From contig JBEIGI010000008.1 of the NCBI GenBank assembly GCA_040381975.1, positions 33,679 to 97,678 of the forward strand: 64,000 bases of DNA, written 5' to 3'. The notes under the pieces were generated by a model. That model saw only the letters and a program-made list of their open reading frames with translations. It did no database searches and was not told the DNA's origin. A program made the translations under genes and the position numbers. How positions within the stretch are numbered: the first letter of the stretch is position 1; each line of letters begins with the position of its first letter. Shown here one piece after another: positions 59,456 to 64,000 of the stretch. This DNA is from Pirellula sp. Lineage in GTDB: Bacteria > Planctomycetota > Planctomycetia > Pirellulales > Pirellulaceae.

Positions 59456-60343
59456 TCAATCGATCTTTCGCTCCAGTTGGTGCTCTTTTGCAATCGATTC
59501 GTAGTAAGCCGGCCTGCGATCTGCCCATCGATCAATTACGTGCTCTTTGGGGACCCGAACGAGTCGCTTGTTTCTGGCTTTGTTGCAGTCGATCGTCGCG
59601 CGAAGAACTTGCTCGTTCTCGTTGGGAGCATCCGCGATGGGATTCCCATTGGGATCGCAGATGCGACTGTTTCCGATGAATCGAAAACCTCGTTCGGTGC
59701 CTACACGATTGACGCTCATGAAGTAGACATTGTTCTCAAGAGCTCTTGCGTTTGGAAGATACTTGGCAAAGGTGTCTGCGCCCGGCGGCCAATTCGTCGG
59801 CAAGACCAGCAGATCAGCTCCATCGAGAGCCAAACATCGCGAGGACTCGGGGAAAGAGCCGTCGTAGCAAATATGCATCCCGATTCGCATCGAATCGGCA
59901 TTGGCCGCGCGATAGCGATTCTCACCCTGCGTGGTAAATCGATCGACCCCCAAGTAGGGAAGATGGACTTTGCGATACGTCGAGATCACGCCAGTTGGCC
60001 CTACAAGCACGCAACTGTTGTAAACGGAATCTTGAGGACCAAGTTCCAGTAGTCCAAAGACCACATGCATTTTCTTCGACTTGCAAACCTGGGTGATCGC
60101 ATCGGTCGCCGGTCCGGGAATCGACTCGGCATGGGGACGCGCTTCTTCTAGACTTGCAAAACAGTATCCGCTGAGCATGCATTCAGGAAAGACCACTAAG
60201 TCGGCTCCATCGACATCCTGGTGATCGAGCCATCGAAGCATTCGCTCAAGATTTGCCTTGGTATTGGCAAACTCGACATGCGTTTGGATTCCGCAAATGG
60301 TCTTCAGTAGATTTAGCTCAGTCTGATTAGGTGTAGTGCTCAT
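59456..60343 (-). CDS. Carbon-nitrogen hydrolase (nitrilase superfamily) protein
   Basis: 'LVVFPECMLSGY' (catalytic Glu), 'YRKVHLP' (Lys) and 'GMHICYDGSFPE' (Cys). Confidence 0.8.
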   Translation of the reverse strand: MSTTPNQTELNLLKTICGIQTHVEFANTKANLERMLRWLDHQDVDGADLVVFPECMLSGYCFASLEEARPHAESIPGPATDAITQVCKSKKMHVVFGLLELGPQDSVYNSCVLVGPTGVISTYRKVHLPYLGVDRFTTQGENRYRAANADSMRIGMHICYDGSFPESSRCLALDGADLLVLPTNWPPGADTFAKYLPNARALENNVYFMSVNRVGTERGFRFIGNSRICDPNGNPIADAPNENEQVLRATIDCNKARNKRLVRVPKEHVIDRWADRRPAYYESIAKEHQLERKID

Positions 60344-60774
60344 AACACGTGAATTTAACATCAGGACCGTCGGATCGCAACATAAAGCCATTCTGTCAGA
60401 TAGAAGCCAGCACCCAACTTTACGGGCTACTCAGATATAGCCTTGATGCCTGATCAAAGCATCGGAATTTTATACGAGCGAGGGGATCTGGAGGATGCCA
60501 GCAAAAAATCTGATCGCTATGATGAAATCGGGTTTACCGTCGTTGGACTAGATCAATTGATCTCCCCCAACTAGCAACCACTTCTACGTCTTAGGTATTC
60601 AGGAATTATTGCGGGTAAACCTTCGGGGGTCACCACTGGCATAAAGCCAGTGGTAGGCTCATTGACTAAAATGCCATGCAATTAATCCGATGATCGCCTT
60701 TGGGAAATCGCGAAAATACAACACCGCAGGGACAATCCTCCGATGACTTTGGCCGAACACCAAAGGAAACGCCT

Positions 60775-61908
60775 TTAGAGGACATCAAAACCTTTTCCAT
60801 GGGAAATAATGTTTCCAACTCGAAGCGGTTTGATCAAATCCAACGAGTACAGAGCGCTTGGTAAGACTTCGCACTCAGCCCAGCAGCCTGGACATTTCCC
60901 GACCCATTCTCGTTGCGACTGAACACTTTCCGATTGCCAAACCTCCGAAAAAGATGTCTCGCGAAGGTTCCCAACGATCTTGCTGTTGAATTGGCATGTA
61001 GGAACATCTCCATTTGGAAAGATTCGCAAATGCGAATTAAGGGCCACGCACGTTGGATTGGTAAAAACGGTCGAATCAGGATCACTGAACAATCGCTCCT
61101 TGATCCCTTTGAGATAGTAAGACTTCGCGAGCCTAGCCCACCATGGCAAAGAATTCAGATCCGCATGAACACTCTCGAACAATCTTTTCAGTTTCGTGCC
61201 GTCGATTTGCCCAAATGTGGTGAATTGACCGACCTGTTTTGGAGCCACATCACGGTTGCGTTCTACCGAATACGTTGCGCTTGAATCGTAAGCCATGACC
61301 ATTTGATGACTTACACCCAGTGGCCTAAGCTTCTCTTTGAGTAGCTCATAATGCTCAATTCCCTCCTCATCGACGATCGTCTGGTTGACAGCGAGGTCTA
61401 AATTCAACTTGCCTTTAATTTTAGAAAGCTCTTCAATTGTTTTCATCGCGCAATTAAACGCAACATTGCTACCGCGAATATGGTTGTGCTTGTCCTTGAG
61501 TCCATCGAGACTGACCATGATCTGAAGGGGAGTTTTACGGGGCCTTTTGGTGCAAAGCTCAACGATGCGATCGGTCAGAAATCCGTTGGTCGTGATGTGA
61601 ATTCCCAATGGCTTGAGATATCGAATCGCCAATTCGGTAATTTCCAGAAGATCTTGACGAACGAACGGTTCTCCCCCCGTAAGTCGTACACCATCCATCC
61701 TTGGCAATTGCTTAAAAATCGCTTCGACCTCTTCGATTTTCAAATCGTTGTGGCCTTGGAGTTTCCAGGAATCACACATGATGCAACGTGCATTGCACCG
61801 AAAAGTAACGGTATAGGTAACTAGCCTTGGAAGGACACTTCTACCTCGACGAACGTTGTAGGAATCGACAAGGAATCCTGGGACTCGGCGCAACGTGGCT
61901 AGCAACAT
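60775..61908 (-). CDS. Radical SAM protein with a C-terminal SPASM/twitch-like Cys cluster
   Basis: CxxxCxxC motif 'FRCNARCIMCDSW', 'RLTGGEPF', and C-terminal 'CVALNSHLRIFPNGDVPTC...CPGCWAEC'. Confidence 0.8.
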   Translation of the reverse strand: MLLATLRRVPGFLVDSYNVRRGRSVLPRLVTYTVTFRCNARCIMCDSWKLQGHNDLKIEEVEAIFKQLPRMDGVRLTGGEPFVRQDLLEITELAIRYLKPLGIHITTNGFLTDRIVELCTKRPRKTPLQIMVSLDGLKDKHNHIRGSNVAFNCAMKTIEELSKIKGKLNLDLAVNQTIVDEEGIEHYELLKEKLRPLGVSHQMVMAYDSSATYSVERNRDVAPKQVGQFTTFGQIDGTKLKRLFESVHADLNSLPWWARLAKSYYLKGIKERLFSDPDSTVFTNPTCVALNSHLRIFPNGDVPTCQFNSKIVGNLRETSFSEVWQSESVQSQREWVGKCPGCWAECEVLPSALYSLDLIKPLRVGNIISHGKGFDVL

Positions 61909-61911
61909 AGT

Positions 61912-63030
61912 TTAAGCAACATAATGAAAGGAATTGTCCTGCGAATCAGCATCAGCTTGGATCATCGGCAGATGCGCCTCGATAAACGCTTTAGCATCTT
62001 CATTCCCGGACCATTCCAATCCGGCGATTCGATTGCGAAATAGCGGCAGCGAAAGCAGAAACTGGGAAAGAACATGCGGGGTAATCTGCTCGAAATGCAC
62101 AGACCAACCCCCTTGGGATTGCGAAACAAGCCAGCCGTTGACGCACTGCTCGAAATTTCCTCGCTCGGGGATAGCCAAGACTGGTTTACCCAGATAGAAA
62201 GCCTCTCCCACGAGTTGATTACCTGCGGTGGTAATCAGGGCATCGCAGTTGGCCAAATGACGAATGAACTTCTCATTTTGGATTCCAAAGTATTCGAGGT
62301 TGGGAAGGACTGGGGGTGGGCATTTACCAAAAACATAGATTGGCTTTTCGATTTTAGACAACGCTTCCCAAAACCGATCCGGCGCCGCTCCTCGAATATA
62401 CACCAGCAAATGCCCAGCATTTGTAACTTGATATTTTACAAGCTGTATTTTTCGCCTTATAAGAACTCCTATACGTACGACATCTTCGCAGCCTTTGCGA
62501 GTTGGCAAATGCGCAAAAGAACTCACGGCCTCTGAGATTTGCCCCCGATAGAACAAACCAACCGAACACCGCAAAAATCGGCTTTGCCATCTCATGGAAA
62601 AGGGCAAAGACCTAAAATCGCTTACACTCAGAAAATGCTGATGATCGAGGCTCATCCAAGGGACTTGGAGCCTCGAAGCAGCTCTCGGCAAAAGTGGCTC
62701 GAAATCGGTAATCGCCAAATCAGGCTGCTCACGCATCAAAACCCGCTCGACAGCTCGTACGCTACGACTTAGATTCCAAAGAAACGGCAACGAACCGAAA
62801 AAAGAGCGGATGTACGAGAGTCTTCCCCCGTGATATTTGAAGCGTAAGCCTGGGATCGGAGACACCTTCACATAGGGGTGGTCGTGGTACTCACCCCTAA
62901 AATGATCGTATGCATCTTCGGAGGCTAATAGAATAAACCGATGCCTTGGAATGAGCATCTCGACAATCGCCTGAACACGCGTGGCATGACCTCGTCCCTC
63001 CCCGTTGACACTGTAGACAATCGTTGCCAT
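61912..63030 (-). CDS. GT-B glycosyltransferase, MurG/GT28-like (MJ1255/VC2487-type)
   Basis: The N-terminus 'MATIVYSVNGEGRGHATRVQAIVEML' has the G-x-G-H motif of this family. C-terminal 'LITTAGNQLVGEAFYLGKPVLAIP'. The ATG at 63030 is preferred over 63057. Confidence 0.7.
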   Translation of the reverse strand: MATIVYSVNGEGRGHATRVQAIVEMLIPRHRFILLASEDAYDHFRGEYHDHPYVKVSPIPGLRFKYHGGRLSYIRSFFGSLPFLWNLSRSVRAVERVLMREQPDLAITDFEPLLPRAASRLQVPWMSLDHQHFLSVSDFRSLPFSMRWQSRFLRCSVGLFYRGQISEAVSSFAHLPTRKGCEDVVRIGVLIRRKIQLVKYQVTNAGHLLVYIRGAAPDRFWEALSKIEKPIYVFGKCPPPVLPNLEYFGIQNEKFIRHLANCDALITTAGNQLVGEAFYLGKPVLAIPERGNFEQCVNGWLVSQSQGGWSVHFEQITPHVLSQFLLSLPLFRNRIAGLEWSGNEDAKAFIEAHLPMIQADADSQDNSFHYVA

Positions 63031-63067
63031 AGAGCTACCTTCAATCCTTTGAAGCAAGTGACTTCGA

Positions 63068-63820
63068 CTACGGATTCGATCCCTGACTCATAAGCTTGAT
63101 CTGGCCTGATTCTGTTTCTGCCAAATAACTACGGTGCTCTAGCCAATCACCACAATTCAGATAGGACATCGAACCGATGGTGCAAGATTCCGGCACGTGA
63201 ATATGACCACAGATCACGCCGTCACAATTCTGTAGCCGAGCTAACTCGATCATCAAGTTGCGAAACGCATTTGCATGATCTGCCAAAAGTGGATCTTGGT
63301 TCTTGCGTTTCTGGATCGCTCCTATCCAGCTACAGTGACTCGAACGATCCAAGATTCTCAGATACAGTGGGTAAAGCCACTCTGCAAGTTGCTGCTTCCA
63401 AGCAATCGTTTTTGGCGTGAAATAGTCATAGATATCCCCGTGTACAATCAGGTAGGTTCGACCGTCACTTGCCGTATATCGATCGTGAGGCTTGACGCAA
63501 ACTTCCGGTATCGCATTGTAGAGCCAATCAAACTGTATTGGCCCCTTGTAGGTTGCAGGATCGTGGTTGCCCGACAACCAGTGAATCACCGTCCCGCGTC
63601 GCGATAGTTCAAGCAGTTCTGTGAGGAAACGCTTGATTGACATTCTCACAGTGCCACTGGGCCGATAGAACCACTCCAAAACGTCCCCCACTAAGTAGAG
63701 ATTACGCGTTTTGAGTCTTCTTAGAAAACTCAGCAAGTGGTCTTCTGAAACCTTGTCCCAACCGACATGCAAATCGCTGATAAATATCGTCCGATAGTCG
63801 TACTGTGCTTGGACATCCAT
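63068..63820 (-). CDS. LpxH-like metallophosphoesterase (UDP-2,3-diacylglucosamine diphosphatase family)
   Basis: 'IFISDLHVG', 'LYLVGDVLE', 'SGNHD', 'LIVHGD' and 'ICGHIH' are the calcineurin-like motifs in LpxH order. The ATG at 63820 is preferred over 63868. Confidence 0.7.
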   Translation of the reverse strand: MDVQAQYDYRTIFISDLHVGWDKVSEDHLLSFLRRLKTRNLYLVGDVLEWFYRPSGTVRMSIKRFLTELLELSRRGTVIHWLSGNHDPATYKGPIQFDWLYNAIPEVCVKPHDRYTASDGRTYLIVHGDIYDYFTPKTIAWKQQLAEWLYPLYLRILDRSSHCSWIGAIQKRKNQDPLLADHANAFRNLMIELARLQNCDGVICGHIHVPESCTIGSMSYLNCGDWLEHRSYLAETESGQIKLMSQGSNP

Positions 63821-64000
63821 CAGAATCCTCCATGATTCAACCGATAACGGAACCAGACGTTGCACCAATACGCTACCACGTCATCGGCATTTCATTATGT
63901 ACCTAACTGTGAATAGTTGAGGAATGAAATATGATAAAACGATGAACTCAGGTTCGGCCTGTACCAACCTCTACGGCTACCCGTCGATCTCAATTTTTAA

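Overview
The 64 kb window looks like a chromosomal segment from a member of the Planctomycetota (Pirellula/Rhodopirellula-like). I infer this from the density of lineage-typical families: DUF1501, PSCyt/DUF1549/DUF1553, DUF1559 prepilin-like, DUF1080, an SHD1-like motif, and an ECF sigma factor paired with a Ser/Thr kinase. About 55 CDS are supported. Housekeeping genes include holA, nnrD, yggS, yajC-secDF-aspS, thiL-dxs-ispA-like, guaB and groES-groEL. I saw no rRNA, tRNA or CRISPR array by eye. Regions that deserve a second look: (1) a tightly packed operon at 6412-12176 with a secreted protein whose C-terminal half resembles a secretin, a GT-C-type membrane glycosyltransferase, fliP-fliQ-fliR, and an flhB that stops before the NPTH autocleavage domain, with no other flagellar or T3SS genes nearby; (2) a prepilin-peptidase-like gene with no canonical GxGD motif visible, coupled to an unknown secreted protein; (3) an orphan 1292-aa secretin with a lipoprotein partner, next to a Gly-rich BON protein carrying G8/G9 tracts; (4) a RAYT-type HUH transposase flanked by inverted REP-like repeats, duplicated in tandem on one side, sitting right behind the groEL terminator; (5) a perfect sigma-54 -24/-12 core match upstream of groES, with no CIRCE element; (6) a strong intrinsic terminator with no gene upstream, suggesting a small RNA; (7) a terminal operon of an LpxH-like phosphoesterase, an MJ1255/VC2487-like glycosyltransferase and a radical SAM enzyme with a SPASM/twitch-like domain. 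All product calls come from reading motifs in the supplied translations. No database search was run.
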